A DNA stretch of 64,000 nucleotides from Octopus bimaculoides (Eukaryota): positions 866,245 through 930,244 of the forward strand of contig NC_068985.1 in assembly GCF_001194135.2 (NCBI RefSeq). The letters run 5' to 3'. Positions 10,665 to 22,960 of this stretch are shown here, piece after piece. The notes under the pieces are model-generated. The model did not search any database, was not told the DNA's origin, and saw only the letters and a program-made list of their open reading frames with translations. A program made the translations under genes and the position numbers. The first letter of the stretch is position 1; each line of letters starts with the position of its first letter.

Positions 10665-11568
10665 AAGTAATATCAAAATGTTCCTGGATTAGTTCTGTAG
10701 TACACCAACAGATGGCAGCACACAGTTGCATGCACAGTGAGAGCTAGTGGTGACCTTCATGAGGTAGTGTTCTGAGTGATGTGTTTACTTCACAAGTTGT
10801 GAAATTTGTGTTGTTGTGATCCCGTGTGTCTGCTGTAGTCTGTGATTTTTGTGATGGATGGGAACAAAGAGCAAACGTGAAATTTTGCATTAGGCTTGGG
10901 AAGTTTGCTACAGAGACATTGAGAATGCTTTGGCAAGCTTATGGCAATGAGGCAATGGGTCGTACGCAATGTTTTGAGTGGCACAGGCACTTCAAAAGCA
11001 GAAGGGCAACCTTGGAAGATGATGAGTGATCTGAAAGACCTGCCACAAACGTCAACCCCAGAAATGTGGTGTTGTGCATTGAGGATTCATGCCCCGGGGC
11101 CAGACGACCATCGATCAAGATGTGTTTTGATGTGTTTGACGGATGACATTTGGCAAAAGCAACTGAATCTGTGGATCCTGAAGAATTTTATTCTTCAAGA
11201 CAACCATGCACCCTGTCACCAAGTTCTCTTCACTTGTGAGTTTTTCATTAAAAAAAACCTGGTATCACTTCCACACCCACTCTATTCACCAGATTTAGCA
11301 CCTGAAGGCTTCCATTTCTTCCCTAAGGTGAAAATGCAGCTCAACGGTTGCTGTTGTAACATCGTTGTTGGGATCCAGAGCTAATTGCAGAAGGTCCTTA
11401 ACTCACTTGTAGAAAACAACTTCCAGGCTGGATTCCAAAAGTAGCAGAAACGCTGGAACCAGTGAATTGCTTTACAAGATGACTATTTCGAAGGAAATAA
11501 AACTTAGGAAAATAAGTGATTTTTTATTAAACATAACTAATCTGGGAACCTTTTGATGCCACCTCATA
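10665..11568 (+). mobile_element. Internally deleted mariner (Tc1/mariner) transposon
   Basis: N-terminal EQRANVKFCIRLGKFATETLRMLWQAYGNEAM..FEWHRHFKS (HTH) and C-terminal QDNHAPCH..HPLYSPDLAP..FFPKVK. The right TIR ends CTTTTGATGCCACCTCA followed by TA; the left TIR near 10665 is degenerate. Confidence 0.85.
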
Positions 11569-12886
11569 TATCAGGAACAGCTTCTCTTTATTTAAAATTG
11601 GATGATTTATTGCAAGGTTAAACGCATTGTCAGGAAGTACTTTAATGAGTTCAGAGAATTCTCAGAACGAAATAAAATGTGTTTAATAAGTCTTTTTCTA
11701 GAGCAAAGATTTGTATTATTTCACTGAATTCAATTCTCTACGCAAGTTCGTTGCCAATACGAAAGAATGTTTGGTTATTCAGACCTGCCTGCATCATTGT
11801 GCTCCTCAAAGAGTTCTTGATGCGATTTAGTTGGCAGAAAGACCTCTGAAGATGCTACAATAACTGGAATGGGACAGAATATTCATTGCACAAGGCATAC
11901 ATTTGCAAAAAATCTCATCTAACAAGTATGTTTTTATTGTATTTCAAAGCTGATATCTTCATCAAAGACTCACACACATTTTCTCTTTTATGAATTCTGG
12001 AAATCATTGTGAGTATTTGTACAATAATGGTGTTGCAAGGTTGAGTTCCTCTTCTATTGTGCTTCAATATTGACACACAAAACCTTATAACATTTGTTGC
12101 CGTTGTCAGCCATTTTGCCATTTTGCCAATTGACAAAAAGACATTGTATTTGAATTTAGATTCATAATCCTTGAAACCTTCACAAAGGTTTCCTTATACA
12201 TCTTATGTATAAGATGTGTGTGTGTGTATGTGTGGAAGGGGGACGGGATGTATGCAATTCAAGCTGTAATTAGTAATTTATTTTCAATATCAATTTGAAT
12301 CAGTTTATAATGTCACTTATTGAGGGACTAAAATACGTTTCTTTTCTTTCAGATCCCATTTCATTCCTGATCTTGTCCCATATTCTTAGCAGTGAAGATG
12401 AGAGAATGTCATCCCCAGTTGAACAATTATTGCCTGAAATTCCTAGTATGAAGCGATTAGTTTTAGGTTATCACTTAAATTTCATTAAAGTATATGTTTG
12501 TGTGTGTGTGTTCTTTGTAACATAAGGCAATAAAGTACTCCCAAGGATTTGCCATGCTTAAGCATCCAATTGCACTTAGAAAATAAAATGCTAAGTTCCA
12601 GACAAACACAAAAGTAGAATGAACATAAGCACAAAAGATATAAACTTGTGTTTATTAAAATGTCTCCATTTGCTCTGCATATCATAACTAACAATACTAT
12701 TAAGTATAATCATAGCTTATCCACTATACCAAAAACAGACTGGAAGAAGATAATCTACACAGAGCTCTAAGCTTAACAATAGCAGTCATACATCTATTTG
12801 TACAAACAAGATACACTAACAAAGAAGAACACAAGTGACATTTAAAAATATACTACAGCAGTTTCAGTAGAATATATACAATTTAG

Positions 12887-13312
12887 GAGGTGTCTTCCTG
12901 GGGATATAAGCTACAGTAGCATCCATCCTTAAGGGTTTGCCACATTAAAGTGGCAAATATACTTTACAATTTCGTGCAGCTATTGTTTATACCACGCTCA
13001 GAGATTTATTATTGCTTGTTTACACTTTTTCAAGATCAGTGACTTTTCGGCACAGGAAAAAGGATATATATATTTGCATTGGGAACCATTTCACGTTGAC
13101 AACCGGTGATTGTCACAGGCTGATGACAGGTCAATACCCAGAAACACGTTAGGTTGGAGATGGGAAAGATGACTTCCCTTTGCAAATATTGATAGGGCAC
13201 AGAAAGTGTGTCAATAGCCAGCTGGAGGAGGTGTCTTTCTGGGGTTACAAGCTACAGTAGCATCCACCCTTAAGGGTTAGCCACATTTAAGTGGCAAATA
13301 TACTTCACGATA
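12887..13312 (+). repeat. Two ~85-bp direct repeats (12887-12970, 13227-13312) related to the arm of the 6412 element
   Basis: GGAGGTGTCTT.CTGGGG.TA.AAGCTACAGTAGCATCCA.CCTTAAGGGTT.GCCACATT.AAGTGGCAAATATACTT occurs twice. Confidence 0.75.
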
Positions 13313-14604
13313 TACAAATTACATTATTGCATAAATCCATCTTCAGGTAAAATTTTAAATAAGTAACCAACACGGTGAATAAGTAATATCTGAAAAAAGG
13401 GCAATCGAATTTATTGTGGAAATAAAGAAGTACAATGGACATTCTAGGAGTAAAGAGGTCAAAACAACCTTATTAATTGAAACAGTTATGTTAATTAGTT
13501 TACAGCCATTATCCAGTGGGAAGAAGTGCCGGAAGCAGACTGGCCAACAAAAAACTTTCTAGGAAGACATCTCTCACACATCTATTCAGGTATGTGTGTG
13601 TTTATGAGCAAATATGTTTGACCAACTGAATGACAAACTCCTTAACTTAGCGTACAAAGTAACTGAATATTCCAAACACATTTGTACTCTTAACATATTT
13701 CTCTCCCTCTCTCCCTTTCTCTTGCTTGCTCGCTCACACACACACACATGCACACACACAAACAGATACATACACATACACACACAATGAGGGATTCTCT
13801 GTCAGTTTTGATGGTAAATATTCACTCTTTCAGACACGTATTCACTCGTTAGTTTGATGTGTAAACATTTGAGTATTTCACAGCTGTGTGAAATTATAAC
13901 GAGATTCTCACTCTGAATTAGAATAGCAAATTACACAACACTGAACCTTTCAGTTATAGATATAGGCCAATAATGGGATTCCACACAGTTTCAGTCTATC
14001 AAATTTAATTTGCAAATGTATTGGCTTGATTGAAAACTAAGGTAAAAGCTTAAGATGGCACACAAGAGGATCAAATCTATGGCACCCTGATTGTTAAGTG
14101 AATTTCATATGCATCTAGCCATGCCTACATTCATGAAATGCACATGAATGTGTGTGGATTGGTACTTGTTTATCTGTCTATCTATTTATCTACCTGCCTG
14201 TCTGTCTGTCTTTCCCTTTCTCTTCATATATATATACCTCATTATGATGCGTTTTCTATGCATGCCAAATAGCAAATTACATCAGAGCTAAATATAGTTT
14301 ACTGTATTAAATTGTTACATTGACAATGAATATAGGTTATGACATAAACAAAGGAAAAATATATTAGAAAGAAAACAGAAAAAACACTGATGTTCCTGTA
14401 TATTAATTCCTATGACCGTTTCAATAATTTTTACATCATTATGCTATTATGTAAAATGTAAGAATTATATCTTCAGAGAATATTTTGCATCCAAAATATG
14501 AAGAATTAGTCCCCTATTATGTAAATAATGTTCACATTGCTTAAATAAATGGAGTCGCATGAAACGATCGTACTGCATTAACATTGGATATCCTTGTTGC
14601 TTAT

Positions 14605-14812
14605 TTAAGTATATGAGCATGACTAGGTATACAAGCAAATGCATAAGAAGATATACATAAAACAAAATATACAAATCTGCATGTATTCATATATATACAT
14701 ATATAGAAAAATACCCTGTTGACGTTGTTGAGATTTTGGTGAAGGAGCCTTGGATCTAGGTTAGAAACCAGCTCTTTCTCGATTGGCAAGAAATCTTGAA
14801 ATAAATCTGAAT
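14605..14812 (+). mobile_element. 3' UTR fragment of RLE LINE family R-TACA
   Basis: Reverse complement of 1194-1430 (TGGATCTAGGTTAGAAAC..TTGGCAAGAAATCTTGAAATAAA). Confidence 0.8.
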
Positions 14813-14937
14813 GACATACTTATATACTTGCATGCATATGGATGTGTGTTGTGTATGTGTGTCATGTGTGTGTGTGTGTGTGTGTGTGTGTTTGGTCTGT
14901 GTGTTTGGTCTGTGTGTTTGGTGTGTGTGTGTGTTTG

Positions 14938-14973
<36 letters not shown>

Positions 14974-17064
14974 TATGTCAGAAACCGGAATCTATAATTC
15001 AGTTTTGACTGTGTTGTTAGAGTTTATATATTGGTGCCATTTTCTAAGAGACTTAAATATCATATAGTTTTGTTTCATGAGGATTCATTTCTGTGAGAAG
15101 AATTAATATTCCATGTTTTTAATAAACCATTTCTTCTTCACTGAGGCCAGCATATTAAGCAGGCATGCTTTGTTCCATAAGCCATTATTATGAGGGTCAT
15201 TGCTCCAAGCCAGAGACTTTAATAAGGTACTTAGAACAACAACAAGACAACAAAGCAATGAGGGAGCTCTCCATAGGTGTTCAATCAGGTAGAATAGCGA
15301 TCAGATTTTCCAAAGTTCTCACTTCTCCCTTTTCAACAAATAAGTTATTTGATAATGTAATCCCAAAGCTGAGTAGAATTTGGGATTAGCCATGGAGTAT
15401 ATTTTTATCAGAACATATGTTATGAGAGATTTTCTCTGTCACAACTGATTTCATACTAAAGAGAAACAAAAAGTAGTAATCAAATCCGAACTTTTATATT
15501 CTGGTTACATTCTTTGAGTTAACTTCAAAAGAAAGTCAACTGGCTGACCTTTTGGAAGAAGTCTATTGGTCATTTCAGTATTGTGAGAGTTCCTTATGTA
15601 ATCTAATTTCAACAGCAGTCGATGTTTATTTTAACAAACATTCAAGACATTTGATTGAATGATGCACAGTTGCCTGGAATTAATTTTAAAAGCTCATTCT
15701 TCATTTATTTCTTGCTATTATCCTGGGCAATTTTAGAGAGTGAAGTGTGTTTTAAAAAATACTTTAATGCTAATGGGTTGGAACATACCTGAATGGAAGG
15801 CAAACAGTAGTTTCTAACTGACATTTCCCATTAATAATATTTTAACCCATTGCTGCTACAAAGCAGTCCACCATGTTACAGTTATTTTTCACCTGGTTTG
15901 TTGAATTGACAAAAAAAAAAAAAAAAAAAAAAAGATAGGAGAAAGAAAAAAATAAACTTTGACTTCAATTTCTATGGAGACTCAAATGTAACCAGCGCCA
16001 ACTATTATTACATTAATCACATTTCAAAAATTACTATCTTTAGCAACCAAGCATCATTAGTTTGAAAAATTGAGAAGTAGTGAAGAATTACAGCATACAA
16101 AAATATAGATTATTTACATATATTCTATGCTTCTAATATCCAGTTGCTTCTTCAGCTTGACTGAACACTTTCTGCTTCATTAAACCTGAGGATCCTGGAA
16201 AATAATATATTACTTATTCCTCTCTATTGCACCTGGTTTTGAGAAGATTCCACCTCACAAGGACAAGGACATGTACATAAGATACCATCTATGTTGAACA
16301 TAAAATAGTTACGCTTGGTCTAATTATTTATTTAGACGTCTTAATATCTCTTTATTGGACTAAATGGTGGTCATATTTGGAATACATTTTCACTCAGGGA
16401 TTGCATGTTCTTTCAGGCTTCATCAATTCGGAGCAGATTCTTTTCTTACTGTTAACGGTTCTTTGACAGGCAAATGTTCTGAGGCATATGCTTCAACACC
16501 TCAAAAATGGCAAAATCTTAAAATTGTCAATCCTTAAAAACGGAAATACCATTCTATATGTGAATTCATAGTTATGGATGAAGAAATAGTTCTTTAACTT
16601 GCAGCTTTGGTAATGGTCTTTGGGCTGATGGGGAAGAATTTCAAAAATTAGCCTTGAGCTGGAATGCATCACAACGGAATTTAAAAAGAATTTGTTCACA
16701 ATAGAATTTAAAAGACATTTACTCACCGTAGGCATCGAGTATCATTTCCATTATTTATATGTAAAAGGTGGTGCCGTAATCTTCAAGTTGGCCTTAGGGC
16801 TGATGAGTTTTCTGTTTGCATAATGTTAGCGGTCATGTGCTTTGAGAATGGAACTGAATTTCAGAAAAAGGAAAAAAAACTTTGCATCAGTAAGGTTTGA
16901 TTGAAACTAAAACATTCTTATAATAACGTTGATAAAATTGCTGTGAACATGGAAGGAGTGTAATGATTACTGTAATAAGCAAAAGATAAATGTTGAATTA
17001 AAGGATTCTGGCTAAGATGTTGGATATTTTCATAGAGATTGACTGGTAGATATTGAGATGTGAC

Positions 17065-17145
17065 ATAATAATGATTATGATAATAAAAACAATAATAATA
17101 ATGATAATAATAATAATAATAATAATAATGATGATGATGATGATG

Positions 17146-17194
<49 letters not shown>

Positions 17195-17206
17195 TAATAA
17201 TAATAA
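17065..17206. repeat. (TAA)n microsatellite
   Basis: Read directly. Confidence 0.95.
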
Positions 17207-17486
17207 GATCATGAAGGAAAAAATTGCTTTCTAATTGATGTATCAATACCAGCAGATGACAACGTTTCCCTAAAAGAAATGGAGAAACTTTCAAAATACA
17301 AAGACCTGGAAATAGAGGTAACTCGAATGTGGAATCTAAAAACAGAAACAATTCCTATCATAGTAGGTGCCTGAGGTATAATAAAAAAATATTCAGACAA
17401 ATACATAACAAAAATACCAGGACTTACAAATATATATAACATACAGAAAATTGCACTACTGGGTACTGCACACATTCTACGCAAAA
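17207..17486 (+). mobile_element. RLE-domain 3' fragment of an R4/Dong-type LINE (family R-TAA), running into an N gap
   Basis: CFLIDVSIPADDNVSLKEMEKLSKYKDLEIEVTRMWNLKTETIPIIVGA*G..IQKIALLGTAHILRK is a typical RLE C-terminus. Confidence 0.88.
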
Positions 17487-18234
17487 NNNNNNNNNNNNNN
17501 NNNNNNNNNNNNNNNNNNNNNNNNNNNNNNNNNNNNNNNNNNNNNNNNNNNNNNNNNNNNNNNNNNNNNNNNNNNNNNNNNNNNNNNNNNNNNNNNNNNN
17601 NNNNNNNNNNNNNNNNNNNNNNNNNNNNNNNNNNNNNNNNNNNNNNNNNNNNNNNNNNNNNNNNNNNNNNNNNNNNNNNNNNNNNNNNNNNNNNNNNNNN
17701 NNNNNNNNNNNNNNNNNNNNNNNNNNNNNNNNNNNNNNNNNNNNNNNNNNNNNNNNNNNNNNNNNNNNNNNNNNNNNNNNNNNNNNNNNNNNNNNNNNNN
17801 NNNNNNNNNNNNNNNNNNNNNNNNNNNNNNNNNNNNNNNNNNNNNNNNNNNNNNNNNNNNNNNNNNNNNNNNNNNNNNNNNNNNNNNNNNNNNNNNNNNN
17901 NNNNNNNNNNNNNNNNNNNNNNNNNNNNNNNNNNNNNNNNNNNNNNNNNNNNNNNNNNNNNNNNNNNNNNNNNNNNNNNNNNNNNNNNNNNNNNNNNNNN
18001 NNNNNNNNNNNNNNNNNNNNNNNNNNNNNNNNNNNNNNNNNNNNNNNNNNNNNNNNNNNNNNNNNNNNNNNNNNNNNNNNNNNNNNNNNNNNNNNNNNNN
18101 NNNNNNNNNNNNNNNNNNNNNNNNNNNNNNNNNNNNNNNNNNNNNNNNNNNNNNNNNNNNNNNNNNNNNNNNNNNNNNNNNNNNNNNNNNNNNNNNNNNN
18201 NNNNNNNNNNNNNNNNNNNNNNNNNNNNNNNNNN

Positions 18235-18474
18235 GTGTGCTGCAGTTATTTTGGTGGTGGTGGGGATATTGTATTGTACCATTATATTTTGTTGTAGGGT
18301 TTAGTTTGAGTCTTCTGTTGTATTAGTTCTTATTTTGTGTTGTTTGGGCAGCATGGATTGTGTTGTTCTGTCGGGTGTCGGCCTTCTATGGCACATGCTG
18401 TGGGTTTTATTGATTTTGTTAGGTATTTACAGTATGAGTTTATTCTTGTATGATTTTGGAAGGATGTTGCATAG

Positions 18475-18512
<38 letters not shown>

Positions 18513-18975
18513 CTCCTAAATCAACTATTTTATAGTATTTATTTTTCTTGTTTCTCATGTCTAGTCTAATTTGTTGGTTTAGTGTCCAGTTGAGAATATT
18601 TAATCAGTAAATTATTACTGGTACAGCTAGAGCATTGATGCCTATTACCTTATTTTTTGCATATGGCTCTGTTTTAAGTATTAATCTGATTCATATATCC
18701 CTGTTAATCTTTTCTTTCATGTATGTGTGTAGTGACTGTGTAGTTTATTGCTTCCTAAGCATTTCTGTGTCTAATTCTATTATTCCACTTTCTTTATCTT
18801 GTATGATATTAGTTTTCTTAATTAATTTTTCTCTCTTCAAAGTCACTTTGGTGCATTTTTCTAAGCTGACTCTTATATTTCTTTCTTTGATAAATCTATG
18901 TTCTTCTGCCTGTAGTAATGTTTCAAGTTACTTAGTGGTTTGCAACAGACAACTAGAGGTCATCCATATATAAAA
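18235..18975 (-). mobile_element. Decayed RT and post-RT fragment of an R4/Dong-type LINE
   Basis: Minus strand LLYMDDL, SLEKCTKVTLKR, MKEKI..LILKTE..KNKVIGINALAVPV, then YNIPTTTK; interrupted by (CA)n. Confidence 0.75.
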
Positions 18976-19004
18976 GTTGGTTAATTGTTTTGCTTCATTA
19001 CTAT

Positions 19005-19172
19005 CATTATTACTATTATTTCATACACACACAACAGACTGACCCGTTGAAAAAGAAAAATTCCTAACATTGGTCTACAACAAATAACATTCAATGCCAA
19101 AAACCTTCCTACATATCCTAGCTGTCCCGAATAACACTGTTTTCTGGAGCTGCACTAAACTGGGTTTTATTA
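19005..19172 (-). mobile_element. Very short 3'-terminal R4/Dong-type insertion between TAA repeats
   Basis: Minus strand LQKTVLFGTARICRKVFG, then a short UTR and an AATAATAGTAATAAT tail; preceded by (AAT)n. Confidence 0.65.
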
Positions 19173-19183
19173 TTATTATTATT

Positions 19184-19735
19184 GAGTGAGAGAGCAGTGC
19201 ATGCCATCAAAGTGACACTGGTGTGAAATGTATGAAGTCCATTATACCCATCATGACTACCCGTCTGATAAGGGTACACCAGGCACATGCATCACAACCA
19301 TATGTGCATGACATGGTGATCTCATATCAAGATTAACAGCAGATGACCTTGCAGGTGGGGCCCAGTTAGAATTTTCTTCAGGTCAAGTAGCCCATTCTGC
19401 TCAAAAGGTCCCTGAATATGGTTGTTTAAGGATGTTGAGCAAAACACCCATGTTTCCAAAGGTGAATTATTCAAACCCCAAAGAACTCCTATCAACACAT
19501 GGCTATGATGCTCCCCCACTACTTCTGTTCATGATAAGAGATGCACATATCATCAGCCACCAAGGGACATGCTCAACTGGTTAAGGTCAAACAACTGACA
19601 AGCAAATCTGTGGTATTAAGCAGAATATTTGCTGTAGCTGATCTTTTATACCAAGACAAAACAATGTACATGATAACACTTCCAATCAATTAAGATCAGA
19701 AGCCATGAGAGCCACTGCCTGGTACTACATCCGGG

Positions 19736-19736
<1 letters not shown>
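19184..19736. repeat. ~550-bp non-coding unit flanked by (TTA)n on both sides, probably the 3' part of a non-LTR element
   Basis: Complex sequence bounded exactly by TTA tracts. Only one copy in the window, so the family assignment is inference. Confidence 0.5.
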
Positions 19737-19805
<69 letters not shown>

Positions 19806-19807
<2 letters not shown>

Positions 19808-20020
19808 GGTGTTGAGCAGGCAGAATCTTTAGAGCATCGCACAAAATGCATTTTTACATTCTGTTGGTCTTTACGTTCCAAGTTGAAATCCTTCAAGAAT
19901 CAACTTTGTATCTCTTTAGTATTTATAAAATGAAGAACTGGTCAAGTACTGCTGGTGATGGCATCAGTCAACCCTTCTCCTCAAAACTGCTGGCTTTGTG
20001 TCTAAATCAGAGACCATTGT
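19806..20020 (+). mobile_element. Degenerate tRNA-derived SINE, family B
   Basis: GGTGTTGAGCAGGCAGAATC..TTACGTTCCAAGTTGAAATCC..CTGGCTTTGTGTCTAAAT resembles the copies at 38533-39240. Confidence 0.6.
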
Positions 20021-21579
20021 CGTTATTGTTTTTGTTCTCATCATCTTCTGAAAGAGGATAACAAACTCATAAGATCATTTCCAGAGATAGCACAGGTAAA
20101 ATTAGAATATTATCCTCTTCTGCAGTATTTTCGTTTTTGTAATCTTTCACAAACAAACGACTTTGAATCATTTAAATTTTCATCTGGAGCAGACTAAAGT
20201 TCTGTGATTTTTAACCTTATTTAACTTATTGGCCCACTGCTAGTTGTCCCTTTTTGGGGTTTCATATAGGAAGCTGGCCAACACTAATGCTACATTTTAT
20301 ATGTGTTGAAGTAAGGTCTCCATAGACAAATAAGTTTTGATGAACATAAAGACCATCAAACTGCAGGACTGGCTGAGTGTTAAAGACAATGGGAAAAATA
20401 TGAAAAGAAAGAAACCCATAAAAAATAATTCACTCCAAGAGAAGCCAATTGGGTGATTCCTTATAATCATTTCTTTGTATTTAATGGGTTTCAATATAAT
20501 TTTCCCCTATTCAATGTCTCTTAATTTTCTCACACGCTTTTCCATGCTCATCATCTTAATGTATGCATTATTCAAAGCTTACATACTCCTTTCTTTTCCC
20601 GCATTCCTCTTTGAAAGCTACCATAGTTCTACTGATAATATGAGCCGACAATGCAGTCTCTATGTGGTTATTTGTTCTGCTAGATATAACAGGAAAATTA
20701 CCCTCAAATCAAATGTTACTAACATAAAAATGAATGACATGGGCAAAAGAGTTACAGATAAAGAAAACTACTACAAGATGGCCTTGATCGTAAGTCTGTT
20801 CAATCATTTCTCATTTAAACCTAAACGACAACATAAGAAAGATGAATTGTTAACAATATTATTAGTTTTTATTGTTTCTATTTCTTGGAATTATTTTTAT
20901 ATTCTTTCAGCCATTTCAGCCATTCCATTCTTTCTGCTTCCTATTTTCTTTCTGCATTCTCTATTCCATCTTCTGCCATATCTTCAGCTATTGATAACAT
21001 TTAGCTTCTGGTTGTGGTCAGCTTTTCAATGTTGACAACTGTTGACATTTATTTTCTTGGCTTTAGGTGGCTGCCAGCTTCTTAACATCACTTCGGCTTG
21101 TTACAGCCACCAAACTTTCTCTCTTTTATGATGATTTATGCAAAAACTTTTGTTATAGAATTTTTCAAATTAAAGTCAAGTGACATTTTAATATGTCGAT
21201 TTCCCCTTTTTTCCCTTCTCCCCAGCTATTTGTGTCTGTATTTTATTGTTATATAGACACCATTATGACTGATTTTCAAATTTGATACAAATTTAAAGGG
21301 AAAAGTTATAAGGCAAAGGAATAAAGCTCAAAATATGCCTGCAATTTATTTTATGAACTCCCTTAAAATTAATTTTGAGCACCAAAGGATTTAAACTAAG
21401 GGACGCTTGATATTCCCTTAACATATGCAATCCAGTAACAACCGACAATTTCATTTAAATCTTCTCTATGTTATCTTTCAAATTTAGGTCAGTAAAACAC
21501 ACACACATATACACTCATCCACATACCCTTGTCTCTGTGTAGGTACTTGTATGTGTGTACACATGTGTGAGTTGCAGGC

Positions 21580-21610
<31 letters not shown>

Positions 21611-21767
21611 ATGTATATATACATATACACATATATATTAAAATATTAAAATATTTATAAATTCCATCTAGGGATTATTGTTATTACACACACACACACA
21701 CACACATGTATGGAAAATAGAAGTTGAAAATGCACTGAGAATAGTTAAAATATTTTATTATTATTTT

Positions 21768-21985
21768 TGTGGTGGAATCTGAACAACCCTGTGAATGGAT
21801 GGTTCTAAGTTGTATAAGTACGCATGCATGCGGGAGATACATAAAAAACAGTGTGGTGTGTACAGACGCTTGTAAAACAGTCACAGAAATCATTTCAGGA
21901 GAGATATCGGAATCATGTGTTGGTGAATTGATAGTTGTTAAAGGATTGTACCAGAAGTCCACAATCACAATAAGACATCGTAACA
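21768..21985 (+). mobile_element. 5' LTR of a Ty3/Gypsy retrotransposon
   Basis: TGTGG...TAACA termini (TG..CA), followed by a PBS and a gag ORF. Confidence 0.7.
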
Positions 21986-21986
21986 A

Positions 21987-21999
21987 TGGCGACAAGAAT
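21987..21999 (+). promoter_or_regulatory. Primer-binding site (tRNA-Ser(GCU)-type TGGCGACGAGGAT, 2 mismatches)
   Basis: TGGCGACAAGAAT begins 1 nt after the LTR end; tRNA assignment from general knowledge of the tRNA-Ser(GCU) 3' end. Confidence 0.6.
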
Positions 22000-22146
22000 T
22001 CGAAGACAGTGGAAAATATCAAAAACTCTCTCACTTTGTAAATGTGGTGACAAGGATTCTAATTTTACGCACTTCATAATAGTGAGACATTCAAAGTTCT
22101 TAGCATGGAAGAACTGGTAGTCTTCATGATACGGCAGGAATAACAG

Positions 22147-22960
22147 TTGCAACAGCAACAAGAACAATGGAAGCAGCAACAACAACAACAACAACAACAG
22201 CAAACTCAGCAGTTGTTAGAATTATTGCTGAGGTTGAAGAATACGTCAGGTTCATTTTCCATGGATGGAGGAGCTAATTCGATTGAGGAATTTGTCTATA
22301 ATCCTGAAGAAGGGATTATGTTTTTGGCATACTTTGGAAGGTATGAGGAAATATTTGAGGAAGAATGTAAAAGTTGGACAAATGAAAAGAAGGCAAGGCT
22401 TCTTTTACGAAAATTAGCACCAGCAGAACACAAAAAATACTGCAATTTCATCTTGCCAAGGAAACTGCCAGAAATTTGTTTCAAAGAAACAATTAGCAAA
22501 GATGTTCAGGAAAAGGAGTTCCTTATTTAGTATTTGCTGGGAATGCCTGAATTTGAAAAAGAATGAAACAGATGACTTTGTTATGCATGCAGGTATCATA
22601 AACAAAGAATGTGAAAAATTCCAGCTAAGCGAGTTGACTCCAGACATGTTCAAATGTTTAATCTTCATAAAAGGATTAACTGTGAGTAAAGATGGGGAAA
22701 TATGAGCTGTAATATTAACAAAACTAGAGCAAGATACTAAATTAACTTTACAAACAATGGCGGAAGAATGTCAAGGGATAATTAACCTCTGACAAGACAC
22801 AGAAAATATTGAAAGGGACGATGTAAAGATACAGGCATATCAACCTATAACAAAGGAGAAAATAAAACAACCCAGACCTAGCCGTGCTATGGGTGTGGTG
22901 AAATGCAGTTCAAGAGTTCTTTTGCCATCTTGAAGCAGTTCCTTTTGGTCCTGGATATCA
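22147..22960 (+). pseudogene. Frameshifted Gypsy gag (K02A2.6-like family), truncated before pol
   Basis: FVYNPEEG..F.RYEEIF....KKARLLLRKL...EH.KYCNFILP, then CLNLKKNETDDFV.HAGIINKECEKFQL..LTPDMFKCLIFIKGL, LTKLEQD..LTLQTMAEECQ and a PCYGCG knuckle remnant; one frameshift and in-frame stops. Confidence 0.85.

Noticed and set aside
11870-11920. IHCTRHTFAKNL, resembling a tyrosine-recombinase HxxRH motif
   Set aside because: A stop follows immediately; there is no catalytic Tyr box or upstream Arg box.
13125-13170. CTGATGA..GAAAC..GTT hammerhead-like core
   Set aside because: Stem I cannot form and stem II is poor; at most a relic.
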